From the IMG/VR virus record IMGVR_UViG_3300047178_000244, positions 1 through 49,779 of that record: a DNA stretch of 49,779 nt; one strand, 5' to 3'. The DNA is from a virus. Shown piece by piece: positions 6,551 to 14,626 of this stretch (positions are counted from its first letter, which is position 1; each line of letters starts with the position of its first letter). The position numbers and the translations under genes are program-made. Below the pieces are notes generated by a model. That model was not told the DNA's origin. It searched no databases and saw only the letters and a list, made by a program, of their open reading frames with translations.

Positions 6551-6795
6551 ATCCGGCAGCGGTCCGCCTCGGCCTGGAGTGCCTTGAATTGCTTCAGGAC
6601 CTCCACGGCCGCGCCGGTCACCCTGTCGTCATGTGCCTCGGCGGCGGCGCGGGCGGCCTTTGCGTCGGCGACGGCGTGCCGGTCACTGTCCGCCTGTGCC
6701 CGCACCCCGGAGATCAGGACGTTGTCGCGGTAGCCCTGGGCGACCAGGAGGCCGAGCCCCAGCAACGTGGCCGCCAAGGCGGACCGGCGGCTCAC
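6547..6795 (-). CDS. Small membrane-anchored coiled-coil protein, last gene of the lysis cluster
   Basis: GTG 6795 overlaps (GTGA) the o-spanin stop. Sequence begins VSRRSALAATLLGLGLLVAQG (TM), followed by an Ala/Asp-rich helix. Confidence 0.5.
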   Translation of the reverse strand: MSRRSALAATLLGLGLLVAQGYRDNVLISGVRAQADSDRHAVADAKAARAAAEAHDDRVTGAAVEVLKQFKALQAEADRCRI

Positions 6796-7109
6796 GGCTT
6801 CACCTGGGCGGGCTTGGTTACCACGGAGAGCAGGTTGTCGTGGGATACCTTGCACACCTTGAGGGCGGCGTCCTGCTTCAGGTCCAGCGCGAGCAGACGC
6901 GGGCCTAGGTCACGCCAGTCTCCGTCGTTTCCAGGGTCCAGGGTCGGGCGCGCCGGAAGCTCGAACAGTTCGGCCTCGGCCTGGCTCACCGGAGGCGGCG
7001 GGGGCTGGGAGACGATCGTCAGGGGCGCAGGCGACCGGCTAGCGCAGCTGGCCGAGGAGAGCGCGAGCAGCAGGGGCAGGAGTGCACGTGGTCGGATGGG
7101 GCGCGGCAT
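6792..7109 (-). CDS. o-spanin (outer-membrane lipoprotein, Rz1-like)
   Basis: The signal and lipobox-like segment is LLPLLLALSSASC, followed by a proline-rich stretch (SQPPPPPVSQ). GGAGG lies 7 nt upstream. The start sits inside the 3' end of the i-spanin gene in another frame. Confidence 0.7.
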   Translation of the reverse strand: MPRPIRPRALLPLLLALSSASCASRSPAPLTIVSQPPPPPVSQAEAELFELPARPTLDPGNDGDWRDLGPRLLALDLKQDAALKVCKVSHDNLLSVVTKPAQVKP

Positions 7110-7497
7110 AGAGTGCCTCCAGGGATTTGTTCAGGGTGGCGGTGGTGGCCTCGGCGGCCTTGGACGCTGCGGTGGCTGCGGCCACGACGGCGTCATGCTG
7201 CTTCTGGGCGGCGATGAGCGCGGCGGCGTTCGAGTTGGCGGCGGCAATTGCGGTGTCGCGCTGCGCCGTCAGGGTCGCCACCGCGGCATGGTCGGCCTGC
7301 GCCTGGGCCACGTAGGCGTGCACGCGCCATGCGACGACGGCGAGGACGATGGCCACCGCTATGCCCGCGTAGAACTTCCAGCCGAACCCCTTGGCGGCAC
7401 CCTCGGCAGCACCGACCACAGCGCCAACTGGCCCGCCGGTGACGACGCCTTCGACGGTGCCGACGACGACGTTTTCAGCTTCACCGATCAGGCTCAT
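7039..7497 (-). CDS. i-spanin (Rz-like, N-terminal TM plus Ala-rich coiled coil)
   Basis: The TM segment is FYAGIAVAIVLAVVAW, followed by AQAQADHAAVATLTAQRDTAIAAANSNAAALIAAQKQHDAVV. ATG 7497 overlaps (ATGA) the holin stop. Confidence 0.7.
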   Translation of the reverse strand: MSLIGEAENVVVGTVEGVVTGGPVGAVVGAAEGAAKGFGWKFYAGIAVAIVLAVVAWRVHAYVAQAQADHAAVATLTAQRDTAIAAANSNAAALIAAQKQHDAVVAAATAASKAAEATTATLNKSLEALYAAPHPTTCTPAPAARALLGQLR

Positions 7498-7784
7498 GGC
7501 GTTGCTCCCGGCGTTGCGGTAACGGTGGTTGTTGTTGCGACCTGGACCGTGGGTGCGTCGTCGGCGCCGTCCGCGTGGATTCCGATGCCGTCCGCCCCGG
7601 CCTTGAGGTCCAGGTGACGGACGCCGCGCTCGATGCCGAACACCGCGAACGACACCAGGGCCATCTCGCCCGCGACGAGGGCACAGGCCTCCGGGTGGGC
7701 ACGGGCCACGATCAGGGCCACCGTCCACGCGCCTGCTGTCGTGACCACGGCGCAGAGCCCGGATAGGGAAATCCTGGGCATCAC
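7494..7784 (-). CDS. Holin (two predicted TM helices)
   Basis: Hydrophobic segments are ISLSGLCAVVTTAGAWTVALIVA and ACALVAGEMALVSFAVFGI. The start overlaps the endolysin stop. Confidence 0.6.
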   Translation of the reverse strand: MMPRISLSGLCAVVTTAGAWTVALIVARAHPEACALVAGEMALVSFAVFGIERGVRHLDLKAGADGIGIHADGADDAPTVQVATTTTVTATPGATP

Positions 7785-8446
7785 AGCGTCGCCAGGGCAG
7801 CCGTCAGCCGCGCGTCGTTGCGGTTGGTCCAGCCGTGCCCGAAATACTGGAAGTCGCGCAGCCCCCTGTAGAAGGTCTCGTGCTCGACGTTGAGCTTGCG
7901 AATCAGGGCCTCGCGGTCGAACGCCTGCGCCGCGGCAAGCGTGTGGGGGCCGAGTTGCCCGTCGACGGTGACGCCGAGAACCTCTTGCAGCTTGCGGGCT
8001 GACGTTCCGGCACCAGAACCGTAGCCGAAATCGTAAACCAGCAAGTCCACGCCTGCAGGCAGATGGTCGCCTTGGAGGGCGTTCCAGTATTCCGCTCGGA
8101 TGAGTTCGGCGAGCTGGTCCTTGGTGGCCGCTCGGAGGTCCTCAACGGTTGTGCTCGGTTCGCCGTGCTTGGCGCGCCAAGCCGCGTAGGTCGCCAGCGT
8201 CACCCCCCAGGCCGTTGCGCCCCCGGCATCGTGCGGCGTGGTGTGCAGGGGCTGGCCGTCGAACTGTGGAAGCCAGGTGAACGCCAGGCACGCCTCGAAC
8301 CGGCCGGGCGCGGGAGCTGCGGGTGCTGCCGAGAACCAGCTTCCGGTTCCAGAACGTGCGTGCTGCGCGACGTTCAGGGCCGCTTCGATTTCGCCGAGGA
8401 TATCCATGATCGCGGGCTCCGGGCCATGCCATCGGCCCGCTTCCAT
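7781..8446 (-). CDS. Endolysin, GH108-like lysozyme with PG_binding_3 domain (alternative start ATG 8407)
   Basis: Family signatures: DAGGATAWGVTLATYAAWRAKHG, GVDLLVYDFGYGSGAGTSARKLQEVLGVTVDGQLGPHTLAAA and HGWTNRNDAR. Confidence 0.85.
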   Translation of the reverse strand: MEAGRWHGPEPAIMDILGEIEAALNVAQHARSGTGSWFSAAPAAPAPGRFEACLAFTWLPQFDGQPLHTTPHDAGGATAWGVTLATYAAWRAKHGEPSTTVEDLRAATKDQLAELIRAEYWNALQGDHLPAGVDLLVYDFGYGSGAGTSARKLQEVLGVTVDGQLGPHTLAAAQAFDREALIRKLNVEHETFYRGLRDFQYFGHGWTNRNDARLTAALATL

Positions 8447-8459
8447 CGTGACCCCTGGG

Positions 8460-8474
8460 GTCTCCGATCCAGGC
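8460..8474 (-). promoter_or_regulatory. Late-module motif GCCTGGATCGGAGAC (copy upstream of the endolysin gene)
   Basis: The 15-mer is identical to 10330..10344. It is intergenic, 5 nt after the upstream stop codon. Confidence 0.4.
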
Positions 8475-8479
8475 GTCGG

Positions 8480-8779
8480 CTAAGAGCCCGTGCGGCCCCG
8501 GTTGTGCGAAGCCTGGAGCTCCAGCTTCGTTTCGATCTTCACGAGCCGCTCGCGGATTTCGCCCCTCATTTCGGAGAACTGCCTCATCAAATCGTCGCCT
8601 TGGCGCGCGATGCGAGCCTCAAGCCGGGTGACGGTGGTCTCCAGCTTTCCGATGCGCGTGGCCTGGTCCTTGAAACGCGTCCAGGCGCTCGAGGCGTGCC
8701 ACACGAGCAACACGCCGTTGACGATGACAGCCAGCACAAGCCCGATGGCCTCGTGCGGAATCTCGGGGATATCGGCCAT
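8480..8779 (-). CDS. Single-pass membrane protein with a coiled-coil tail (holin/antiholin or lysis-timing candidate)
   Basis: The TM segment is AIGLVLAVIVNGVLLVW, followed by a heptad-like region TRIGKLETTVTRLEARIARQGDDLMRQFSEMRGEIRERLVKIETKLE. The gene lies between tailspike and endolysin. Confidence 0.6.
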   Translation of the reverse strand: MADIPEIPHEAIGLVLAVIVNGVLLVWHASSAWTRFKDQATRIGKLETTVTRLEARIARQGDDLMRQFSEMRGEIRERLVKIETKLELQASHNRGRTGS

Positions 8780-8795
8780 TTGTGGTAATCCCCGA

Positions 8796-10310
8796 TTATG
8801 CGGTGGTTTGGTCGTTGATGAGGCCTAATGACGCAACAGCCGTCAGGAAGCTGGCCAGCGTAGCGTTGCCTTCACGACTGCCGGTGACCACCGGGCGCGT
8901 TGCGGGTGCCGCGATGCCGTAGGAACCAAACGTCTGAGCCTGGAGCGTGGAAATCGTGGTCTGCCCGTTGGCGTTGTCGATGTATAGGGGCGTATCGACT
9001 TTCGCGCCGCCCACGTAACGGTCCACGAAGAAATCTCCGCCCGCGTTCATCCCGTTCGCCCATTGCAGGACGCCCGCGCGCTTCAGGGCCTTGTAAGCGC
9101 CGTAGTTGGCCATCGCGTCGAGGTTGACCGCGGCGTCTGCGGCGAGCGCTGGCACGACGTTCAGTCCGCCGAAGGTCATAGCGCCGAAGCCGCTGTCCAT
9201 GATTTTGACGTTCTGAGCGCAGGCTCCCTGGATGTCCGGCACGCCGCTAAGGTTCGGCTTGCTCAGCACGAAGTCGCCCGCGGCTTGGTTCATGACCGCA
9301 AGGTGCTGCGACCACACGAACTGTCCGCCGAAGAAGTTGTTGTCGTGCGCGTCCACGTCGTCCGACTGGAAGATTACGCCGACGGCCTCGATGTCCACGC
9401 CGAAGAAGTTGTTGCCGAAGTTGTAGCTGCCATCGAAGTGGACACCGATGGCAGCGTTCCCGGCGGACCCGAAGAAGTCGCAGGACTGCGCACGCCCAAG
9501 CAGTAATGCCGCACCGGACGCCTGGCCAGAGCAGTTCGCGACGATGTCCACGTAGCCGTCGATTACCTGGCCGAAGCCAACTGCCGCACCCGCCACGGGA
9601 GCCGTGTTGTTTACGTTCATCCTGACGAAGGCCGGGGTGTTGAACGCGTCGGAGTAGTCGGACTTGCCCACCTGGAACACCGTGCCGGTCGTCGCGCCGG
9701 TGATGCCGATGTCGCACATCGTGACGTAGAAGTCCGCGCCGCCCGAGTTGAACAGGCCCCATTGCGGCGAGGCCGTGCACGCGCTGACGTCGACGATGGT
9801 GAGCTGGCGGCCCGAGCCGATCAGGGTGAGACCGCACTTCTCGGCGGCAACGACGTCGGTCGCGAGCGCCGCGCCGGAGACCTTGAAGCGCGCAGCCGGT
9901 AGCCTGCCAGGGGTCTTCTTGGTGATGCAGTCGTTCAGGAAGGCGGTGAAGTTCGCGGTGTCGTCCGTAACGCCGTCGCCGACGCACCCGTAGTCCACAA
10001 TCGGGTCGAACCAGGCCATTTTCCTGAGCGACGGCGTGCCCAGGAACAACTTGCTGAGTGCCGCGAGAAGCTGGGTGTTGTCCGTTTTGCTTAGGACGAT
10101 GCCGCTGGTCTCGATGACATGGGCGATTTCCTCCTGGACTGCATTCCAGGAATCCGGGTCGATTGTCGTCGCCGGGACCACGCCCGGGATGCCGCCGGTA
10201 GCGAAGCCTGGGGTGCCGACTACTGGACCGGCGACCGGCAGGACGGTGGCTTGCGTTCCGTTGGAGATTCTCTGCACGGCTGGGGACCCTCGCGGCGGGC
10301 GGATTACCAC
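8796..10310 (-). CDS. Tailspike/tail fibre with a pectate-lyase-like beta-helix (putative polysaccharide depolymerase)
   Basis: DYGCVGDGVTDDTANFTAFL resembles the Pectate_lyase_3 motif. The N-terminal fibre-anchor motif is IDPDSWNAVQEEIAHVIETSGIVLSKTDNTQLLAAL. Start is GTG. Confidence 0.8.
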   Translation of the reverse strand: MVIRPPRGSPAVQRISNGTQATVLPVAGPVVGTPGFATGGIPGVVPATTIDPDSWNAVQEEIAHVIETSGIVLSKTDNTQLLAALSKLFLGTPSLRKMAWFDPIVDYGCVGDGVTDDTANFTAFLNDCITKKTPGRLPAARFKVSGAALATDVVAAEKCGLTLIGSGRQLTIVDVSACTASPQWGLFNSGGADFYVTMCDIGITGATTGTVFQVGKSDYSDAFNTPAFVRMNVNNTAPVAGAAVGFGQVIDGYVDIVANCSGQASGAALLLGRAQSCDFFGSAGNAAIGVHFDGSYNFGNNFFGVDIEAVGVIFQSDDVDAHDNNFFGGQFVWSQHLAVMNQAAGDFVLSKPNLSGVPDIQGACAQNVKIMDSGFGAMTFGGLNVVPALAADAAVNLDAMANYGAYKALKRAGVLQWANGMNAGGDFFVDRYVGGAKVDTPLYIDNANGQTTISTLQAQTFGSYGIAAPATRPVVTGSREGNATLASFLTAVASLGLINDQTTA

Positions 10311-10329
10311 TCCGAGGCTACCAGCCGAC

Positions 10330-10344
10330 GTCTCCGATCCAGGC
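10330..10344 (-). promoter_or_regulatory. Late-module motif GCCTGGATCGGAGAC (copy upstream of the tailspike gene)
   Basis: It is intergenic, 2 nt after the upstream stop codon. Confidence 0.4.
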
Positions 10345-10346
10345 CG

Positions 10347-10652
10347 TCAGCCCATGTTCCTGGGGTCGGGCACGGACGGGCTCCAGTCCCAAATTTCCTT
10401 GCCGACCGAGCCGGGTGTGAGCGACCAGGTGCAATGGTCACGGTCCTGCCGGAATACGGTTTTCCCGATCCACGTCAGGACCGCGCACGCGTAGAAAGCC
10501 CAACGCTGCCCGGCCTCCCGGCACCTCGCGCAGCGCTGGCTGACGGTCTCGTTGGGGCTGCCGAGCAGGGGGAACGTGTTCAGCGCCTTGTCGGCGATCA
10601 AGGCCATGTTTAGGCCGAATTGCTTGGCGAAGGCGCACGGGGTGCAGGGCAT
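10347..10652 (-). CDS. Hypothetical Cys-rich protein (101 aa)
   Basis: GAGGAGG lies upstream of ATG 10652. Cys pairs are CTPC and CARC. I took the internal start of listed ORF 10347..10883. Confidence 0.55.
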   Translation of the reverse strand: MPCTPCAFAKQFGLNMALIADKALNTFPLLGSPNETVSQRCARCREAGQRWAFYACAVLTWIGKTVFRQDRDHCTWSLTPGSVGKEIWDWSPSVPDPRNMG

Positions 10653-10662
10653 GGTGACCTCC

Positions 10663-11100
10663 TCAGGCGGCGGCCGGTGGCTGGTTTGCCAAGACCTGCG
10701 CTTGCCTAGCGGCGGTGAGCAGACCTGCGGCGACCAGCGCAGCCAGACCGGCGACGGTCTGCGGGTCCGACAGCACGATGTAGGTGGCGCCCATGGCTTT
10801 CGAGAACCAAAGGAAGACCGCGGCATTGGCCAGGGCCGCCTGCGCGATCGCCTGCTGCTCGGCCGGGGTGAACAGCGCAACAAACTGCAGCGGCGTTAGC
10901 TGCACGGGAATCAGCGCTGCAACCGGCTGAGCCGCCGCGAGCCGGGCGATGACGGCGGCCGCCGTGGTGTCGCTCGCGGGCTTGCACCCGGACGCCAAGA
11001 AAGCGACGTATTCCGGATCGGTCAGCGGCACCCAGGCGGACCTGTCGGTCGCATAGACCTGTGCGGGGGTGTCCGCGGCGAGATAGAACCAGCCTGCCAT
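10663..11100 (-). CDS. Hypothetical protein, position consistent with tail-fibre assembly/chaperone
   Basis: 145 aa with protein-like composition. The GAGGATTACAAAA-ATG initiation cassette precedes it. It lies directly downstream of the fibre gene. Confidence 0.55.
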   Translation of the reverse strand: MAGWFYLAADTPAQVYATDRSAWVPLTDPEYVAFLASGCKPASDTTAAAVIARLAAAQPVAALIPVQLTPLQFVALFTPAEQQAIAQAALANAAVFLWFSKAMGATYIVLSDPQTVAGLAALVAAGLLTAARQAQVLANQPPAAA

Positions 11101-11114
11101 TTTTGTAATCCTCG

Positions 11115-11840
11115 TTAGCCCAGGGACCAGCCTTCAAGCGCCACGACGATTGGGGTCGCGTCATCGCCCGGATTCGCGATGTTTATTGCGCCGGTGCCGC
11201 CGATTACGGAGATTCCAACGTGCGTCGGGTTCGCGACGTAGTCCGTGTTCGGGGACGCCGACAGCGCGCCGATCGGCGTGTAAAGCCTGCCGTCGCCTGA
11301 ATACGAGAACGCCGATAGCCCAGCACCCTGCGCAAAGGCGAAGCCGAGCCCGAAAAGAGAGGTGTCCGGCAGCGCGGACAGGCATGTATTGCCGGAGCTT
11401 ACAAAGCTAAACGGGTCACTCCAGTTCGCAAATTCGAGCACGTCGTTCTCGTACCCGCCGTAGAGCCTGCGCCGCACTGAATAGATGCAATTCTTCCCGG
11501 TGGTCGCATCCCAGAGCGCCAGCCCGATCATCGCGTACTGCGGCCAGTACGAGACCGGGCGAATCACGGCCTTGGCGGTCCAGGAGTTCGCCGCGGGGAC
11601 TGGAACGCCAACGAACGATACGCCGATTCCGGACGTCGACCATGGCGACGAGAAATACAGCGGGCTCGTGGGCCCGGCGTCAGTAACGGACACCTGCGCT
11701 GGCGTCGCGGTCTCAACGATGTATCCCGCAAATCCGGCGCGGCTCAGGGGCGTGGGAATGCTGGCCGCCAATGCCGCGAAATTGCCGTTCAGGTCGGCCG
11801 CGTCGAGTGTCTGTCCGTCCGTCCACGTAACGAGTGCCAT
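11115..11840 (-). CDS. Tail fibre / receptor-binding protein (putative)
   Basis: The N-terminus MALVTWTDGQTLDAADLNGNF matches the common tail-fibre N-terminal motif. It follows the baseplate gp48-like gene. Confidence 0.6.
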   Translation of the reverse strand: MALVTWTDGQTLDAADLNGNFAALAASIPTPLSRAGFAGYIVETATPAQVSVTDAGPTSPLYFSSPWSTSGIGVSFVGVPVPAANSWTAKAVIRPVSYWPQYAMIGLALWDATTGKNCIYSVRRRLYGGYENDVLEFANWSDPFSFVSSGNTCLSALPDTSLFGLGFAFAQGAGLSAFSYSGDGRLYTPIGALSASPNTDYVANPTHVGISVIGGTGAINIANPGDDATPIVVALEGWSLG

Positions 11841-11849
11841 GTCGCCTCC

Positions 11850-12500
11850 TCAGCCGAGCGTGCTCGTGCCCAGGACGAGGGAGCCGAGAACTCCCGCGCT
11901 GGTCGAGTAATCGAAGAGGACTACGGTGTGCGCCGGTGCCGCTTCCCTCACCTGGCATTCAAGCACGGGCAGGTTCCATTCGCGGTAGGGGTCGCCGAAC
12001 CGGCTGCTTGCGAATTGCGCCGAAGTGATGGCCCCCACGGGCGCGTTGATCTGCCAAACGTGGGCCCACTGGCCGGTCAGAAACGGGGTGCCGAACGTGG
12101 CCCTGCCGAAGCGCGCGGGAGCGAACTGCGCAATCGTAACCGGGTAACCCAAATTCGCGGCAAGCGTTACAAAATATGCGACAGACTGCCCTCCGCGGCC
12201 GCATAGCTTGGCGACGACGGCGGCTTGCCGCTGCGGAATTGTCGCATACTGCCCGGCGCATGGGTCCGGCAGGCCGAGCGAGGATTCCCATTCCGGTAGC
12301 AAATTGACGGTCGTTGCAGGGTAAGCGTCTCCGACCAGGGCGCAGGCGGCAGCATCTGTGCGCGCGTAGACCGGCACGAGCCCGGTGAGTGTCTTCGACA
12401 GAATGCTGGTGGCTTCACGGGGCCATACGCGCCCGCGCGGGAGCAGCGCTTTCATCGCGGAGAGGTAGTCGGACACCCCCCACGGGGTCGGCATGGCCAT
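11850..12500 (-). CDS. Mu gp48-like baseplate/tail protein (DUF2313-like)
   Basis: LLPRGRVWPRE motif, plus synteny after the Baseplate_J gene. Confidence 0.75.
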   Translation of the reverse strand: MAMPTPWGVSDYLSAMKALLPRGRVWPREATSILSKTLTGLVPVYARTDAAACALVGDAYPATTVNLLPEWESSLGLPDPCAGQYATIPQRQAAVVAKLCGRGGQSVAYFVTLAANLGYPVTIAQFAPARFGRATFGTPFLTGQWAHVWQINAPVGAITSAQFASSRFGDPYREWNLPVLECQVREAAPAHTVVLFDYSTSAGVLGSLVLGTSTLG

Positions 12501-12503
12501 GGC

Positions 12504-13613
12504 CTAGGCCGCCCCGTAGTTGATGGTCCCAACCGTCATTAGCTGGCCGACCGGCGCGAAAATCGGCTGCGTTGGGTAAGCCAGGGTGAACGCGCTGATG
12601 CCGGGGACCGATGCGATGGCGGCCTCGATTTGCGACGGCAGGACCACCGCGCCGAGTGGCGTCGCCAGCCGCACGAACATGTCTGCCAGAGCCTGCTCAA
12701 CGAGCGCGGCGCCTCCGCTGGGAATGCTGACGTTGTTGATCACGAAGGCCTGCGGGGCGGGCGCTGGCGGGCACGAGTAAACCAGGGCGGTGACCGGCTG
12801 GAGCGGGAAGATGGCGTTGGCCACAGTCAGCAGGTCGCCGGTCGCCGCAACGTCGCGGTCCTCGGCCGTGGCGCAGCCCGCAGTGCCCACCGGGAAGCCG
12901 CCAGTCGCGTTGCCGTCGAGCATCACGTAGACCTGGACGGTGCCGGGCCCGAGGCCGTGAGGCAAACACCACGCTCGGGTGACGCCTGGGACCGCCAGAG
13001 CCCACTCGACGTAGTCGCTTTGATCGCCGCCGTGGGGCGGTGCCGCGTATTCGGCGAGGTAGCGGGCCTTCAAGCTGTCGTCGGTCTCGACGTCGGCGCC
13101 CTCGGCCAGGATTGCCGTCACCGTGCCCACGCTGCCGATGCCGACGATCGCCGTGCCCAGGCGGACCTGCGTTCCGACGTCCGCGTTCCCGGCCGAGCCC
13201 GCGACGGTGGCCTGTACGGGCACGGTCACCGTGGTGCCGTTCCAGGTCCCGGCCGCCGTCGCGACGTAGCCGAAGCCGCTGTTCAGGCTGGCCGGGGTGC
13301 CGGTCTGGAGCGGCGTGCCGGTGGCGCCCGCGAAGGAAAGCTGGAGCTGCGCGAAGGTGGCGGGTTTGCGGGTGACGTTGACCAGCGCGCCCCATGATTC
13401 GGCGTATTCGTCGGTGGCCGTGAATGGCGTAGCCTGCTTCGCGACCCAATCGAGGTATCCGAAGAACAAGTTCGCCAGCCCGGCCTGGACGGTGCCGAGG
13501 ACGCGGAGCACGGCTCGCCGGAGGAGGGAATCAGCCTGCGGGAGGTCGGAGGAGGCGATGTCCGCGAGGACCTGGCTCCGCAACTGCGTCAGCGTCGGTC
13601 TTGCGAAGGGCAC
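12504..13613 (-). CDS. Baseplate J-like protein (Mu gp47-like)
   Basis: Size (369 aa), N-terminal RPTLTQLRSQVLADI pattern, and synteny gp45-gp46-gp47-gp48. Confidence 0.8.
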   Translation of the reverse strand: MPFARPTLTQLRSQVLADIASSDLPQADSLLRRAVLRVLGTVQAGLANLFFGYLDWVAKQATPFTATDEYAESWGALVNVTRKPATFAQLQLSFAGATGTPLQTGTPASLNSGFGYVATAAGTWNGTTVTVPVQATVAGSAGNADVGTQVRLGTAIVGIGSVGTVTAILAEGADVETDDSLKARYLAEYAAPPHGGDQSDYVEWALAVPGVTRAWCLPHGLGPGTVQVYVMLDGNATGGFPVGTAGCATAEDRDVAATGDLLTVANAIFPLQPVTALVYSCPPAPAPQAFVINNVSIPSGGAALVEQALADMFVRLATPLGAVVLPSQIEAAIASVPGISAFTLAYPTQPIFAPVGQLMTVGTINYGAA

Positions 13614-13616
13614 GGC

Positions 13617-14072
13617 TCACACTCCGGTTCCGGCCCATGCCCAGGAGAACCTGAACGGCGCGGTCTTCGACCCGTCAGGCTTCACGCCGATGATGCTGAT
13701 GGCGAGCCTGCTGCCATTCTGGATCGCCGCGTCGATGATCCAGCTCGCGACGACGCCGTCCGTGATGAGCCAGTCGAGCGCGTCCGCCACCATCTGCTTG
13801 GCCTGCGGCACGAGCTTCGTCGTGACCTTCGCCCGCTCCAGCTGCCAGAGGTCCGAGCCGATCAGGCCGTCGCCCGGGTCGCCAAAGGAATCACCCCACC
13901 AGCCCCTGCGGTCTGTCGTGCCGTCGGTCAGCCTGAAGTCGGGTGTCGCCAATCTGTCCGTGAACAGGGAGACCAGGATGGCGCTCTCGAGGTCGTCGCC
14001 CTGCTCGAGCTGCCCGTTCTCGTAGCTCCAGTCGCCGAAGGAGCCCGACCACACGATCCTGATGTCGCTCAT
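13617..14072 (-). CDS. Mu gp46-like baseplate protein
   Basis: LESAILVSLFTDRLA ... RRGWWGD motif is typical of the GP46 family. Synteny supports it. Confidence 0.8.
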   Translation of the reverse strand: MSDIRIVWSGSFGDWSYENGQLEQGDDLESAILVSLFTDRLATPDFRLTDGTTDRRGWWGDSFGDPGDGLIGSDLWQLERAKVTTKLVPQAKQMVADALDWLITDGVVASWIIDAAIQNGSRLAISIIGVKPDGSKTAPFRFSWAWAGTGV

Positions 14073-14626
14073 TATTCAGGCTCCTTCGCCGATGGCGGCT
14101 GCGTCGAGCCCTGGCCGGTCTGAACGCCAGGATGCACGTGAGCATCATACGCCTGTCGGCTCGCGAGCATGGTCTGCCCGGTGCCGTCGTCGCAGTGGTC
14201 CACGATGTCGCCGGTCACCTGCAGGAGCGGCGTCACCATCCGGACTTTGGGCGTGTTCTGGATCGTGATCGGGTTCGTTCCGCCGCCGTCAATGACGATG
14301 CCGTTCCGGGTGAGGTGAATGACGCAGCCCTGGTCGTCGTGCAGCGCAACCTCGCCCTCGGCGACCTGGAAGTGGTAGCGCTGGTCAGCCGTGCCGAGGC
14401 AGAAGCCCTTCGAGCGGTCTCCGGACAGGAACAGCACCACCGCGTCGGCGCCAGGGTGCGGCCGCGAGGCCAGCCCCCAGTGTCCAAGGCTCGCCAGGTT
14501 GTCGATCGTCTCCAGCGGGCTGATGGCGGCCTGGAGCGTCTGCACGTTCCCGGATTCCGTCGTGGTGCCCACCTTCGCCGCCGATACGAGCGAGTGCACC
14601 CGGCGCATGATTTTTTCCCAGCTCAC
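14072..14626 (-). CDS. Mu gp45-like baseplate spike/assembly protein V
   Basis: Synteny. The GEVALHDDQGCVIHLTRNGIVIDGG ... HVHPGVQTGQGST pattern is typical of gp45/gpV. Confidence 0.8.
   Translation of the reverse strand: MSWEKIMRRVHSLVSAAKVGTTTESGNVQTLQAAISPLETIDNLASLGHWGLASRPHPGADAVVLFLSGDRSKGFCLGTADQRYHFQVAEGEVALHDDQGCVIHLTRNGIVIDGGGTNPITIQNTPKVRMVTPLLQVTGDIVDHCDDGTGQTMLASRQAYDAHVHPGVQTGQGSTQPPSAKEPE

Noticed and set aside
8460-8474. The GGAG inside the late-module motif acting simply as the Shine-Dalgarno of the next gene.
   Set aside because: The distance from GGAG to the next start codon is 15, 21, about 50, about 50 and about 185 nt at the different copies. The downstream genes have their own correctly spaced RBS.
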